Virus record (IMG/VR): IMGVR_UViG_3300045988_124525
Span: 1 to 58,303 of that record
Strand: one strand, 5' to 3'
Length of the DNA: 58,303 nucleotides
Origin: a virus
Part shown: positions 17,370 through 27,023 of the stretch, in pieces
Layout of the letters: each line of letters opens with the position of its first letter
Position numbering within the stretch: the first letter of the stretch is position 1
Program-made: the position numbers and the translations under genes
The notes under the pieces: model-generated
What the model was told of the DNA's origin: nothing
The model's input: only the letters and a program-made list of their open reading frames with translations
Databases searched by the model: none

Positions 17370-17388
17370 TGTCCGGGTATCCCGGACA
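17370..17388. promoter_or_regulatory. Perfect palindrome upstream of the 16847..17347 cassette
   Basis: tgtccggg-tat-cccggaca, 23 nt upstream of the start codon. Confidence 0.45.
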
Positions 17389-17482
17389 CCACAAAAATCC
17401 AGAGAAGTGCTCTGCTAAATAAATATCTCCTTGCTAGCTTGTTGCGAGGTTGTTGCTAGTTCTTTGCGGAAGGGAATGAGAC

Positions 17483-17509
17483 AAAAAAAGCCCCCAGATT
17501 TTTGGGGGC
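17483..17509 (-). terminator. Rho-independent terminator of the GHKL/STAS cassette
   Basis: Minus strand: gccccca-aaaatc-tgggggc followed by TTTTTTT. Confidence 0.8.
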
Positions 17510-17570
17510 CATAGGAAGCATAAGGATAGCGGTTAATTATAAATTTATAGCCAATAATTCTTCTCCTAAT

Positions 17571-17711
17571 TTATGCAAGGCTGTTTCCAATACATGCATT
17601 GTAGCGTGTTTGGACTAGATATATGTTTTTTCTATCTGAGTATTTATCAAAACTATTCCTTTCTAGGAATTCATTATACTCCTTAGCTATTTTTTCATCT
17701 AAATTTTTCAT
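17571..17711 (-). CDS. Hypothetical small protein (46 aa)
   Basis: MKNLDEKIAKEYNEFLERNSFDKYSDRKNIYLVQTRYNACIGNSLA. Third ORF of the cassette, before the terminator. Confidence 0.4.
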   Translation of the reverse strand: MKNLDEKIAKEYNEFLERNSFDKYSDRKNIYLVQTRYNACIGNSLA

Positions 17712-17742
17712 ATCATTCTCTTTTATATAGCATGAAATAATT

Positions 17743-18102
17743 TTATATGGTAGACAGGAACTCTGACAATGAATCCATGTCCGAAAATTCTTTAACCTCA
17801 CTGTCCTCATGCATATTCCTCGGTTTATTTCTATTACCTTTTACTATTTTCATCATCAGATCTATAGAGTCGCTCTCATTCTCCATAGAGACCCTCACTT
17901 TATCCAAGGCCAAAGCCTCTATTGTATTGCATAACTCATCCGCAAATGATCGAGACATAAAATATACATCCTTAAAATCTATACGTACACATGGGCTATT
18001 CAAATCCTTAGCCCTTATATAGATTTTTTTAGCTTCTGTCCTAGAACGAAGCTCTCCCCTTATCAATTCTGATATCACAATTGTCTTTTCCATGATCTTC
18101 AT
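17743..18102 (-). CDS. STAS-like DUF4325 domain protein
   Basis: VRIDFKDVYFMSRSFADELCNTI is the DUF4325 core motif. ATGA-coupled to the upstream ATPase gene. Confidence 0.6.
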   Translation of the reverse strand: MKIMEKTIVISELIRGELRSRTEAKKIYIRAKDLNSPCVRIDFKDVYFMSRSFADELCNTIEALALDKVRVSMENESDSIDLMMKIVKGNRNKPRNMHEDSEVKEFSDMDSLSEFLSTI

Positions 18103-18998
18103 TCTAAATATTCATAAAAATTAAACATCCTTTCCTCTTTATATGGTATCCTTAATGCCACTATAGTTCCATCCCATTTTATATAATCAGGAAGTCCTAT
18201 ATATGATGTCTCTTCCTCTGACATAAGATGAAACGCTTGCCCAGACAGCAAAAAATATGTTCCTCCAAGTCCCTTAGACAACATTCTCTTGCAAGTACTT
18301 ATACCATAACCACGATTCTCGGTATCTGGTAAATTTTTAGTCGATATACCCTTTCCCGCGCTTTTTAAAGCCTCCACATCGTTAGTTATACCTCCCTTGC
18401 CAGACTTAACATAACTACCCAGTATACTTATACCATTATCCGCTATGCAAATGTCTATATAACTCTTTGACGGATAATACTGAGCAAATATATAACCAAA
18501 TTCACTCTCTGAATGTTCAGATATATTGTCAATCGTCTCAGTCAGCATATAAGATAAAGCCTTTCTCAACTCTCCTTCAATATTTAATTGCCTTATCATT
18601 ATATTCTCTGCTACAGATAGTATATCGTTTTTTATGCTATCCTTGCTTTTACATCCCGGGAACTTTATTATAGGAATATATTTTTTCATAGAAAAATATT
18701 CCATATAATTATGAAAATCACTAACACTGTCAGCTACTACACCTCCTTCAAAATGAATAGAGTCCAGATAGCTTTTAACACTGTCCGATATATTCTTGCA
18801 AACCACATTCTTACCGCACTTATCTCTATAAAGCATAAGAGGCAATAAGAAAAATGGAGTCACAAATGCCGTATATTGGAAGTTCCATATGAAATCATCA
18901 TCATCGGAATTCTCCATTTTCAGGATTATCCTGAATAGATGATTGAAGGCTTCTCCTATCCTAATATCATTTACCGCATGTGGCATATATATTTCCAT
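18099..18998 (-). CDS. GHKL (histidine-kinase-like) ATPase, SpoIIAB/RsbW-like C-terminal domain with an unknown N-terminal domain
   Basis: N-box LTETIDNISEHS, G1 IADNGISILG, G2 ENRGYGISTCKRM. The ORF track starts at a TTG (19034); the first ATG is at 18998. Confidence 0.65.
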   Translation of the reverse strand: MEIYMPHAVNDIRIGEAFNHLFRIILKMENSDDDDFIWNFQYTAFVTPFFLLPLMLYRDKCGKNVVCKNISDSVKSYLDSIHFEGGVVADSVSDFHNYMEYFSMKKYIPIIKFPGCKSKDSIKNDILSVAENIMIRQLNIEGELRKALSYMLTETIDNISEHSESEFGYIFAQYYPSKSYIDICIADNGISILGSYVKSGKGGITNDVEALKSAGKGISTKNLPDTENRGYGISTCKRMLSKGLGGTYFLLSGQAFHLMSEEETSYIGLPDYIKWDGTIVALRIPYKEERMFNFYEYLE

Positions 18999-19151
18999 AA
19001 TGAAACTTTTCGTATACAACAAAGCCTCTGCCAAGGCTGGTTACTTGACGAGGCTACAAAATCACCTTTTACGCCGCAAATGTCGCAAAAAATTTTGTTA
19101 TATGAAAATTTTTTCATAGACAAATCACATGTCTTACAACATAACGCACCC

Positions 19152-19448
19152 TCAGACCGTACCGGATAGCTCCTCTTTGACGCTCTCCACCGTTCTTCTC
19201 AGATAGTAACTCCTCCTTATCCTGTCCGGATACAAATTACGCATCCGGTTCACGGCTTGCCTCGTCATCCCCGTCAGATCGGATATGATATTGTCGCTCA
19301 ACTTGCGATCGGCCAGTATGGTTATAGCCACTCCCCTAGCGTCAACGTTCCTCTCCTTATTGTTGCTAAACATCATTACCGGATCGGTTCCGCACTCCTT
19401 GCAGACAGCCTCTATCACTTTTTTGTAAAAAATTTCCACCTTATTCAT
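19152..19448 (-). CDS. DnaA-domain-IV-like HTH DNA-binding protein
   Basis: NKERNVDARGVAITILADRKLSDNIISDLTGMTRQAVNRM resembles the DnaA C-terminal HTH. Confidence 0.45.
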   Translation of the reverse strand: MNKVEIFYKKVIEAVCKECGTDPVMMFSNNKERNVDARGVAITILADRKLSDNIISDLTGMTRQAVNRMRNLYPDRIRRSYYLRRTVESVKEELSGTV

Positions 19449-19747
19449 AAACTTTTTATTTCGTGGTTTGTTTTACTATCAAAGCCGGGCAAAAAAATGC
19501 ACGGCAGAAAGACATATAAGAATCTTCCCGTCGTGCGTGGCATGAAAAAATAATCAAACTTCCGATCCGATTATTTAGGGAAGATTCTTTTTTTTCTTTA
19601 TCTTCCCTTTCCGGTTCGTTCTCACGAAGTCACCATCAAACTAATATTAAATTAACCATGAACAAAAAAACGTCAACCCTTGTTATTCATATGACGAATT
19701 ATTATTACTAGTTAATAGGGGCTTCCCGGACGTGAGTCATGGAGGCC

Positions 19748-20215
19748 TCACCAAATCCTGCAGAATCCACCCAATCCAACGTAAGGTGATAGTCCATGTT
19801 TCCCGATCCCATAACCGGCAATAACACCTATTCCCCATCTACGGGGGGTGATCGTCTTGGTTATATACTCAGTCTTGCGATATACATCGATGTAATCAAG
19901 ATTAGGCTTATAGCCGGATATTGACAGCCGGTAATCATCCGTCTTGTACTCCTTTTGGGTGATCGGCATAGGAACATATATAGGTTCTATGACCGTGTCA
20001 CCGTCCAACGTGATATAAACAGGGAATGGCTCCGGTATTATTTTTACCAGTGTCTCATAAACCGGGTACGGGATGCTGTCATGTATCGTATCCACCTTGA
20101 TGAACGTGTCGGTCTTGGATATCGAATCACTAGCCACATCCCCCCTGATATGGTAGCCAGCCGTGAAACTGGCTACCAAGCACACTAGTATTAATATTAC
20201 TTTCCAAGGTTTCAT
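19748..20215 (-). CDS. Membrane-anchored protein, possible spanin-like lysis accessory
   Basis: N-terminal TM (MKPWKVILILVCLVASF). ATGA overlap with the amidase gene. Confidence 0.4.
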   Translation of the reverse strand: MKPWKVILILVCLVASFTAGYHIRGDVASDSISKTDTFIKVDTIHDSIPYPVYETLVKIIPEPFPVYITLDGDTVIEPIYVPMPITQKEYKTDDYRLSISGYKPNLDYIDVYRKTEYITKTITPRRWGIGVIAGYGIGKHGLSPYVGLGGFCRIW

Positions 20216-20673
20216 ATATTGCGATACTCCTCCTCGGCATTAAAACATGGACACATCTTCATCCACTCGTCCGGTTCAATCTTACCGTTACCGTTAAGAT
20301 CCGGGGATAGGTCACGATGACCGCAGATCCTACTATCCGGGAACTGTACGACCAAATCCAACAACAGCCTTATAATCGACTGTCTCTGTGCCTCCGTACG
20401 TGTATCATCCGGATTCCCGTCCGGATCAAGACCACCCTCATAGCATATTCCTATACTATTCTTGTTATATCCGGTCACATGAGCCGGAATCAATTCCAAT
20501 GGACGCATAGATACTATCTCCCCGCTCTTCCGGATATAATAGTTATAACCCGCGGAGTTGAATCCTCTCGCCTTGTGGTCTCTCTCTAATTGCTCAGGGG
20601 TATAATCCTTATCTACCCTAGTGGCCGAACAATGGATCACGATCAAGTTGATTTTCCTGTTAATCGTTCTCAT
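20212..20673 (-). CDS. N-acetylmuramoyl-L-alanine amidase endolysin (Amidase_2/PGRP type)
   Basis: IVIHCSAT...GYNYYI...AHVTGYNKNSIGICYEGG...ICGHRDL are T7-lysozyme-like motifs. Confidence 0.9.
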   Translation of the reverse strand: MRTINRKINLIVIHCSATRVDKDYTPEQLERDHKARGFNSAGYNYYIRKSGEIVSMRPLELIPAHVTGYNKNSIGICYEGGLDPDGNPDDTRTEAQRQSIIRLLLDLVVQFPDSRICGHRDLSPDLNGNGKIEPDEWMKMCPCFNAEEEYRNI

Positions 20674-20761
20674 ATCAATTATTTTTTATACTTTTATGCG
20701 CTTTGTTAACCTTGCTATCCTCCCTTGCGAAAGACAGGAAGCTAAAATTTATCCGGCTCCC

Positions 20762-21253
20762 CTATCCTTTTGGATCTGGGGAGCCTTTTTTATTCTTTGT
20801 CTTGTTATACTCATCCAAGAAATTGACCTTACTAATGAATTTTACGGCGGCAACCCAATACAAGAAGGCTATCACCTTGTTATCCGGGAATACCTTGCCC
20901 ATGTTCTTCAAGACATTAGTACCGTAAAACCATATCATCGCCCACGTGATCCAAGACACGAAAGCCTTGGCGTTATCCTCCGATATATCCATCATCACGC
21001 CTATCCAGAACGAGATGATTATGATCAGGAAATAGACTAGCATGTACACCCAGCTACGGATGAACTTGCTCTTCCGGAAATCCCCGTGATCCGCAGCCAA
21101 CCCCCAGAACGTATCGATGAAGGCCAGCGACAGGATCACCACCAAGAAGTTCTCGATCGGTGACACGAAGTCCATCGCCGTGACTACGGCGGCTATGGCG
21201 ATGGACTTGGCCCAGTTAGCGAGGTCGGATATGTAGGAGAGGTAACGGTACAT
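20762..21253 (-). CDS. Putative holin (multi-TM)
   Basis: Four predicted TM segments, immediately upstream of the endolysin. Confidence 0.55.
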   Translation of the reverse strand: MYRYLSYISDLANWAKSIAIAAVVTAMDFVSPIENFLVVILSLAFIDTFWGLAADHGDFRKSKFIRSWVYMLVYFLIIIISFWIGVMMDISEDNAKAFVSWITWAMIWFYGTNVLKNMGKVFPDNKVIAFLYWVAAVKFISKVNFLDEYNKTKNKKGSPDPKG

Positions 21254-21334
21254 AAGGTTATATCTTATTTTTTAATTTATATAAATCATGTAGTAGGTAT
21301 CTCTTCATTGTAATACTTTATCCATATCTATAAA

Positions 21335-23530
21335 TTATTTTATCATAATGATATTACTATCCTTATAAGCTAATCCAAATCTTGTTTCATAATAACATCT
21401 GACGTAATATCCAGAGGCATAATCCTTCACATCCCTCATGATTACGTTAAAAGTATTGTCTTTTATGAAATCCTTGCACATCACGGCATTATGCCCCATG
21501 TATCCTTCTGGGGCAGGAAAATACGGATACTCTCCTTCCTCCGCTTCTATTAGGTATATTACGTTATACCAGCTAGGTTTTACATTGTCGCTGTATCCTG
21601 TCAACCTCACGGTAATATCATCCAAGATAACATCACCCATGTCTATCACAGATAGTTTAGCGTGAAGATCATCATTATCGGTATACAAATCATACTCTGC
21701 CGTCCCTGACAGATATGGTCGCACATTATATAGCTCGATCCCGTTCACGATTTTAGAGGACATTCCCGATAAAAGATATCTATTCGTATTGCTTCCATCA
21801 GAAATATTAATATGATCCCCGTCTTTGACCGCTATAAAGACATCTTGCCCTTGCTCAAAATAGGTCCTATCCCCATATTCAGAAATGACATTCTCGCTAT
21901 ATTCTATTTTAGGCAAAACCGGTATCCTTTGATTTTGGAAGCGGTATAATTTAAAGACCCTCTTATCATGAGGATCTATCCCTTTAAGGATTTTCTCAAA
22001 CCCATCTTTATCGTAAACCGTTTCCATCATATTATATCCTCCTTGCTCCGTAACGACGATATTATAGATGCCATCCTCATCCACATTGACAGAGGAAACA
22101 ACCTTACAATGCCCGGAAGTCCACAAAATATCACCTATGTTTATTTGCTCGATATCAACATAGGTGATCTCCTCGGCAACCTCCGGAATCTCCGTCGTGG
22201 TATAATATATCTTTTGACCAGATATATAAGATCCAAAAGTAGAGCAAACGGTACCGTAATAAGAGCCTCTTCTAGTGTCCTGTCCGTAACCTTTACTATA
22301 TAAAACACTTCCCTTATTCTTTACCGCCGAAAAAAAGGAGGAGAGACCACGGTTATAGTAAATGTCGTTACCAAAATTAAACACGGAGCTATAAGGGAGC
22401 CCACTTATAGCCCCACTGTAATATGACAAATCTTGTGAATTACGAGGTATATTACCTTCGGGTTGCCACGTCGTGAAAGTTTTATCTAAAAACGCCCTCA
22501 TCAATCGATCCTCATAAGTCTCTCCAGATCCTCCCGATCCTCCAGAGACCCAAGAACCCCAACCCGATGTGGTACGATATCGGGAGAACATCTTCCCGCT
22601 TGAGGCTATGACTATTTGCACGGTACGGCTTAACTCGGTATACTCCGTCCGGAAATAAGGGAATAATAGAAGTACGCCTCCGTAACTAACTGGTGCGTTT
22701 TGAGGAACCGAGCTCGATATCCACGAGTATATCCCGATATGAGAGATCTCATCTAAATTGTTATCCGAATTTAAACTTCTTCTGTAAGTGAAAGTATTGT
22801 CTACGGTGTTATCCAATATGGATTTTTCCGCAGGCCTGTTCCAATCGCCCCATTCCTCACTACCTTTATACCTGACATACATTCTCCCATAATAATCGAA
22901 GACTTGCTGGACAATTCTTTGTTTTAAAATATCTTTATCTGTGAGATAGGGGAATACGTTCATTAAACCTAAGCCTTGTACCGGGGAATTTAGAGGAACC
23001 TCATCATTCGTCCATGTATAAATTCCGATTTGCGTACACAAGTCTAAATCATTCGATCTTTTTAGGTCCACACGGTTCAAAAATGTTTCATTAGATACTT
23101 CTTTTATGATTCCTTTCCTTAAATTAATCTCCCTAGCGTCCGTGCCAATCCACGGTTTCGAGGAATGAGCTTGCGTAAACTCGTATATACGCCCATCCTT
23201 TCTCACGATATCCCCCGCATTGTACACTCCTTTATCGGAGAATTCAGGGAACTCGTTTATACCGGTAGCCATGTTTGTAGAATAAGTATCCCTTATCACG
23301 TTTCCTTTGTCATCCTTCACCGCTTGTATCGCCATGTCAGCAGAGGTCTTAGGAGTCTCATAATTTACTTGGGATGACTGATCTCCCAAATGGACAGCGT
23401 CACCGTCCACCTCTCCTATTCCCTCTGATACATTTTTAAAATTGCTGTTGATCTTATCGACCATCTGCGCCCCGTTATCCGGAGTCTGACCATTCCTATT
23501 ATCCTTGATGGGTTGTATCGTTATAGCCAT
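21335..23530 (-). CDS. Tail fibre / receptor-binding protein 1
   Basis: 731 aa. Last large gene before the lysis cassette. Shares the motif FSD..Y..G(D/E)IV..G..YEFT..H....WIGTD with 38221..40629. Confidence 0.6.
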   Translation of the reverse strand: MAITIQPIKDNRNGQTPDNGAQMVDKINSNFKNVSEGIGEVDGDAVHLGDQSSQVNYETPKTSADMAIQAVKDDKGNVIRDTYSTNMATGINEFPEFSDKGVYNAGDIVRKDGRIYEFTQAHSSKPWIGTDAREINLRKGIIKEVSNETFLNRVDLKRSNDLDLCTQIGIYTWTNDEVPLNSPVQGLGLMNVFPYLTDKDILKQRIVQQVFDYYGRMYVRYKGSEEWGDWNRPAEKSILDNTVDNTFTYRRSLNSDNNLDEISHIGIYSWISSSVPQNAPVSYGGVLLLFPYFRTEYTELSRTVQIVIASSGKMFSRYRTTSGWGSWVSGGSGGSGETYEDRLMRAFLDKTFTTWQPEGNIPRNSQDLSYYSGAISGLPYSSVFNFGNDIYYNRGLSSFFSAVKNKGSVLYSKGYGQDTRRGSYYGTVCSTFGSYISGQKIYYTTTEIPEVAEEITYVDIEQINIGDILWTSGHCKVVSSVNVDEDGIYNIVVTEQGGYNMMETVYDKDGFEKILKGIDPHDKRVFKLYRFQNQRIPVLPKIEYSENVISEYGDRTYFEQGQDVFIAVKDGDHINISDGSNTNRYLLSGMSSKIVNGIELYNVRPYLSGTAEYDLYTDNDDLHAKLSVIDMGDVILDDITVRLTGYSDNVKPSWYNVIYLIEAEEGEYPYFPAPEGYMGHNAVMCKDFIKDNTFNVIMRDVKDYASGYYVRCYYETRFGLAYKDSNIIMIK

Positions 23531-23555
23531 ACATCTATTTTTTTATCGTTTTTTA

Positions 23556-24035
23556 TTATTTTACTCCGCTCTCAGGCAACATTCCTATTATCTCATCCCT
23601 TAAGCTATCCAAATCAGATTTAGTAGCGTATCCGCTAAGATCTGAAGATGTTAGGAAACCGCTGACATCCGGAATTTCCGACCTGACATCGTTTATAGAA
23701 TCGCTTAACTGGGTCTTCGTGACGAAAAGCTCTATGGACTTACTGACAGAGAAGACCTTCATATCGCTAGACTCACAGGTTTCACCTCCCTTTACGACAT
23801 CCCTCTTGTACATGAACAAGTAATCGGCTAGGTAAGAGCTGAACACATGTTCCTCATCTATATAATACCTGTCCTTATTGCCCATCACGTTCCCTTTCCT
23901 AAAAAAATACTTATCCGTAGAGGCGGATGAGTATACAGTATAGTCCGATCCCATCTTGTCATCCGTAACGCTAACCGTAAGCACGTCCGGTATCCTAGGT
24001 CTTACCCCTCTTCTCGTAGAAGCGTTATTTCCCAT
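23556..24035 (-). CDS. Hypothetical tail-fibre-associated protein
   Basis: 159-aa ORF within the tail-tip module. Confidence 0.5.
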   Translation of the reverse strand: MGNNASTRRGVRPRIPDVLTVSVTDDKMGSDYTVYSSASTDKYFFRKGNVMGNKDRYYIDEEHVFSSYLADYLFMYKRDVVKGGETCESSDMKVFSVSKSIELFVTKTQLSDSINDVRSEIPDVSGFLTSSDLSGYATKSDLDSLRDEIIGMLPESGVK

Positions 24036-24038
24036 AAA

Positions 24039-24929
24039 TCAATCCTCCCATGATAAATCTTCGTTAGTAAGCACATATCCGTTAGCGTCTACGAAATCGT
24101 CACGCAGGAACCATAGATTGGGAGAATCCGAATAGTCTTCTTCCTCGTATGGGGATCTCTCCAGCTTGACCGTATAGATATATTGTGGTGAGCCCTCCAA
24201 TACTACTTGTTGCTCTGGAACGCTAGACTCGCTCCTCACGTATCTCTCCCCGTTTATCTCCACATGGCCTAGGCATAGGATATTGTTCAGCAATCTCCCC
24301 ATCTCGAACGGGACTCCCCTATTATCCCCAAGGGTAAAAGTCATGTCATCGTACGGAACGCTATATAGCTCTATGAGTTTCTGGTTTTGAGTACGAAAGA
24401 ACTCGTTATTCACATGCAATGACCTACCATCCGTCTTGAAACCTCCCTCTACGGCTAAGGTAAATACTCTCTTGCAATCATCCCCCGCATCGAATATGGC
24501 CTTGAACGGAACGATATTATCAGGATGGGTATATCTTATCAAGGAGCAGTCGGCAAACTCGTCAATGTCACATTTACGGAACACGACACTCTCCAAGGAT
24601 TGGTACCCCGTCATTATCACAGCCTTGTAAATACCGTTGTCAAGATCCATCGTTATCATGAACTCATATAAATAGGAAGTATTGTTTATCTTGATCTTGG
24701 AGGGATTCACCCGTATATATTGCCCCGTGGAGAGATCGTATATTCGCATATAGCAGCTCACGTTACCCATCAGGCATTGCACGATGATAGGATCGTTATC
24801 CCACCCAATCCTCTGGATATACTCCACCGGTCTCTCCACGGACGGGGAACTCACGTCAAAAAGGAGAGGGCAAACCTCGCTAATGCAATCTTTCAACCTC
24901 ATATACGCATATAAATAAAAAGGCCGCAC
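24039..24929 (-). CDS. Hypothetical tail-tip/baseplate protein
   Basis: 296-aa ORF within the tail-tip module. Confidence 0.5.
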   Translation of the reverse strand: MRPFYLYAYMRLKDCISEVCPLLFDVSSPSVERPVEYIQRIGWDNDPIIVQCLMGNVSCYMRIYDLSTGQYIRVNPSKIKINNTSYLYEFMITMDLDNGIYKAVIMTGYQSLESVVFRKCDIDEFADCSLIRYTHPDNIVPFKAIFDAGDDCKRVFTLAVEGGFKTDGRSLHVNNEFFRTQNQKLIELYSVPYDDMTFTLGDNRGVPFEMGRLLNNILCLGHVEINGERYVRSESSVPEQQVVLEGSPQYIYTVKLERSPYEEEDYSDSPNLWFLRDDFVDANGYVLTNEDLSWED

Positions 24930-24970
24930 CCAAAGGATACGACTCCTCCGGGAACGGCTCTTAGGCTCTG
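24916..24970 (-). repeat. Late-operon hairpin element, copy D
   Basis: Minus strand: agagcctaagagcc-hairpin-ggcctttttatttata, then ATG of 24039..24929. Confidence 0.6.
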
Positions 24971-25007
24971 AGACAAAAGTAAGTATTATTTTTTTATAAT
25001 CAAACGG

Positions 25008-26960
25008 TTATGTTATGTTTTTAAGGAGCAACTCATAATCTACCGTCTGACCTTTCCCGATACGCTCGGTTATATCGGACACGTATCCCACGTACGTCTT
25101 GCCGGAAAAGGAGCATGATACCCGTCCCTTATAGTTACCCGGGAACGGGGATAACCCAATTGTAGACACCTTTATCTTATCGGATCTCAACAACCTATCA
25201 CTATCTTCTATGGAAATCCCTCCACGTTCCGATATGCCTTTTATGGATACATCGGCATTGCCCTCCGAGGACGTGAACATCAATCCGCTAGCGGACATAC
25301 CGACGTATCCCTTGTTGGCCATCAGCATATTCCTTGGGGAATAGGCGGCGTTGAACATGGTATCGGGGAATAGAACGCCGGTTATGGGATATGATGGCTC
25401 AACGATCATTGTACGAGGGGTTAATCCACCACTTCCAAAGACGGCATCCACAATAAACACGTCATTGTCCGAATCAGTGTCCTTCGTCTCCTCATTCCTC
25501 TCAGTCACGAGGAACTCTATGCCATAAGGATCGGCACGATAAGGGCTTATCAACTTCAAGACATTGTCCGTGGCCTTTATCCCCGTGCTGAATGAGTTCG
25601 TGAAATGAAACTCGTCACGCCCGTTTATCTCGTCGTATTCCTGTTTGTCGTAACCCACTTCCACGCCGCTATAGACTACCGAACTATCTATCGTATGAGT
25701 CATGGAGTTTATCTCCGTCAATGGCAACGGATCGGTCACGGAATCATAAAAATCGCCCAGAGGCTTAAATATAACCTTTCTGTTGACATCATCTATCTCC
25801 CAGTCATAGCCTAACACGGCCTTGGCGAACTCCGTGAACTTAGAGAATGACGTATGTATCTTTGCGTCCTTGATCCCACGTATGCTCTCAGCCGCCATGA
25901 TATAGGGGATCGGAATATTCCCGGTCTTTATTTCCCCGGTATAATCCTTAAGCCCTATCTTTTTAAGCAAGGATGTCAGCAAATCAGAAGCTCTAATGGC
26001 ATCTATGGTTACCGGATCTCCTTTTGCGATATACGTTACGCTTATATCTTTCACGTTTAATAACGTGGCTTTCGCATATGTAATTATGCTATTGGGATAA
26101 ACAAAGAATAGCATTAATTCATCACCTTCCTCTAGGTCTATGCCTCGATCGATATTAACATTTACGATTTGTCCAATACCTGAAAAGTAGGCTATATCTT
26201 CTTTGGGGAACTCTATCTCCTCTTTTTTCCTTTTACCTAAACACAAAGAAGGCATGAAATCCATGTCATAAGAATCAAGCCTCATATCAAACTTTAATAT
26301 CAATCTTATACTAACCGGAGCTAAGGCTTTCACGAACGATGTCATGCTATAATAAGACAATTCTCCAACATGGGAACCTATATCAAACTGCTCAATCATC
26401 CCTTTGATAGGAAAATTAGCGTCACCGTATACCATAGGGAACTCCGTGGCAAGAGCGAACCTTATAGGATAAACATCCAGGTCTGTCTGTTCATTATCTG
26501 GGTCATTTGGATTTATAACCCAAGATACCCTATTATTAAGATATATTCTTTTATAAATCAAGCTTATTTTATTTATATCACTCACAGGGATATCAAAAGT
26601 CTGCGATTTCTGGGAGTTGATAATGGAATAGGTATCATCATCGATTGCGCTCAAGGTAAGCGTATACCCATCGTCACTATAGCTCATAAAGTCCAAAGAA
26701 CAACGATACGCCTCTTTGTACGTAAGATCGTTAATTTGCCGATATATCACTATCTTTGCGGAAGATTCAATATACTTGGATAGGTATAAATCCGTCAAAA
26801 GATCGTAAGCTCCTTTTACGAACTCGAACTTCTTGGCGAACTTACGATATATTCCACCAAAATCCTTTCGAGTAAAAGATAACTCGATGTCATCCCAATT
26901 CTTTAGATCGTTGGTTATATCCGTCTCCTTACTGTCTATTATCAAAGAAATCTTTATCAT
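25008..26960 (-). CDS. Tail protein (distal tail / tail-tip candidate)
   Basis: The likely start is MIKISLIIDSKE at 26960. The 43-aa upstream extension of ORF 25008..27089 is encoded by hairpin element E. Confidence 0.55.
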   Translation of the reverse strand: MIKISLIIDSKETDITNDLKNWDDIELSFTRKDFGGIYRKFAKKFEFVKGAYDLLTDLYLSKYIESSAKIVIYRQINDLTYKEAYRCSLDFMSYSDDGYTLTLSAIDDDTYSIINSQKSQTFDIPVSDINKISLIYKRIYLNNRVSWVINPNDPDNEQTDLDVYPIRFALATEFPMVYGDANFPIKGMIEQFDIGSHVGELSYYSMTSFVKALAPVSIRLILKFDMRLDSYDMDFMPSLCLGKRKKEEIEFPKEDIAYFSGIGQIVNVNIDRGIDLEEGDELMLFFVYPNSIITYAKATLLNVKDISVTYIAKGDPVTIDAIRASDLLTSLLKKIGLKDYTGEIKTGNIPIPYIMAAESIRGIKDAKIHTSFSKFTEFAKAVLGYDWEIDDVNRKVIFKPLGDFYDSVTDPLPLTEINSMTHTIDSSVVYSGVEVGYDKQEYDEINGRDEFHFTNSFSTGIKATDNVLKLISPYRADPYGIEFLVTERNEETKDTDSDNDVFIVDAVFGSGGLTPRTMIVEPSYPITGVLFPDTMFNAAYSPRNMLMANKGYVGMSASGLMFTSSEGNADVSIKGISERGGISIEDSDRLLRSDKIKVSTIGLSPFPGNYKGRVSCSFSGKTYVGYVSDITERIGKGQTVDYELLLKNIT

Positions 26961-26965
26961 AAGCG

Positions 26966-27023
26966 TATAAATAACAAGAGCCGTCCGAGGACAAATACGT
27001 CTCCGGTACGGCTCTTTGGCTCT
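26966..27023 (-). repeat. Late-operon hairpin element, copy E
   Basis: Minus strand: agagccaaagagccgtaccggagacgtatttgtcctcggacggctcttgttatttata, then cgcttATG. Confidence 0.6.

Noticed and set aside
19257-19553. 98-aa plus-strand ORF
   Set aside because: It is antisense to the DnaA-C-like HTH gene, which has a recognisable domain. Its sequence is low-quality and His/Arg/Leu-rich.
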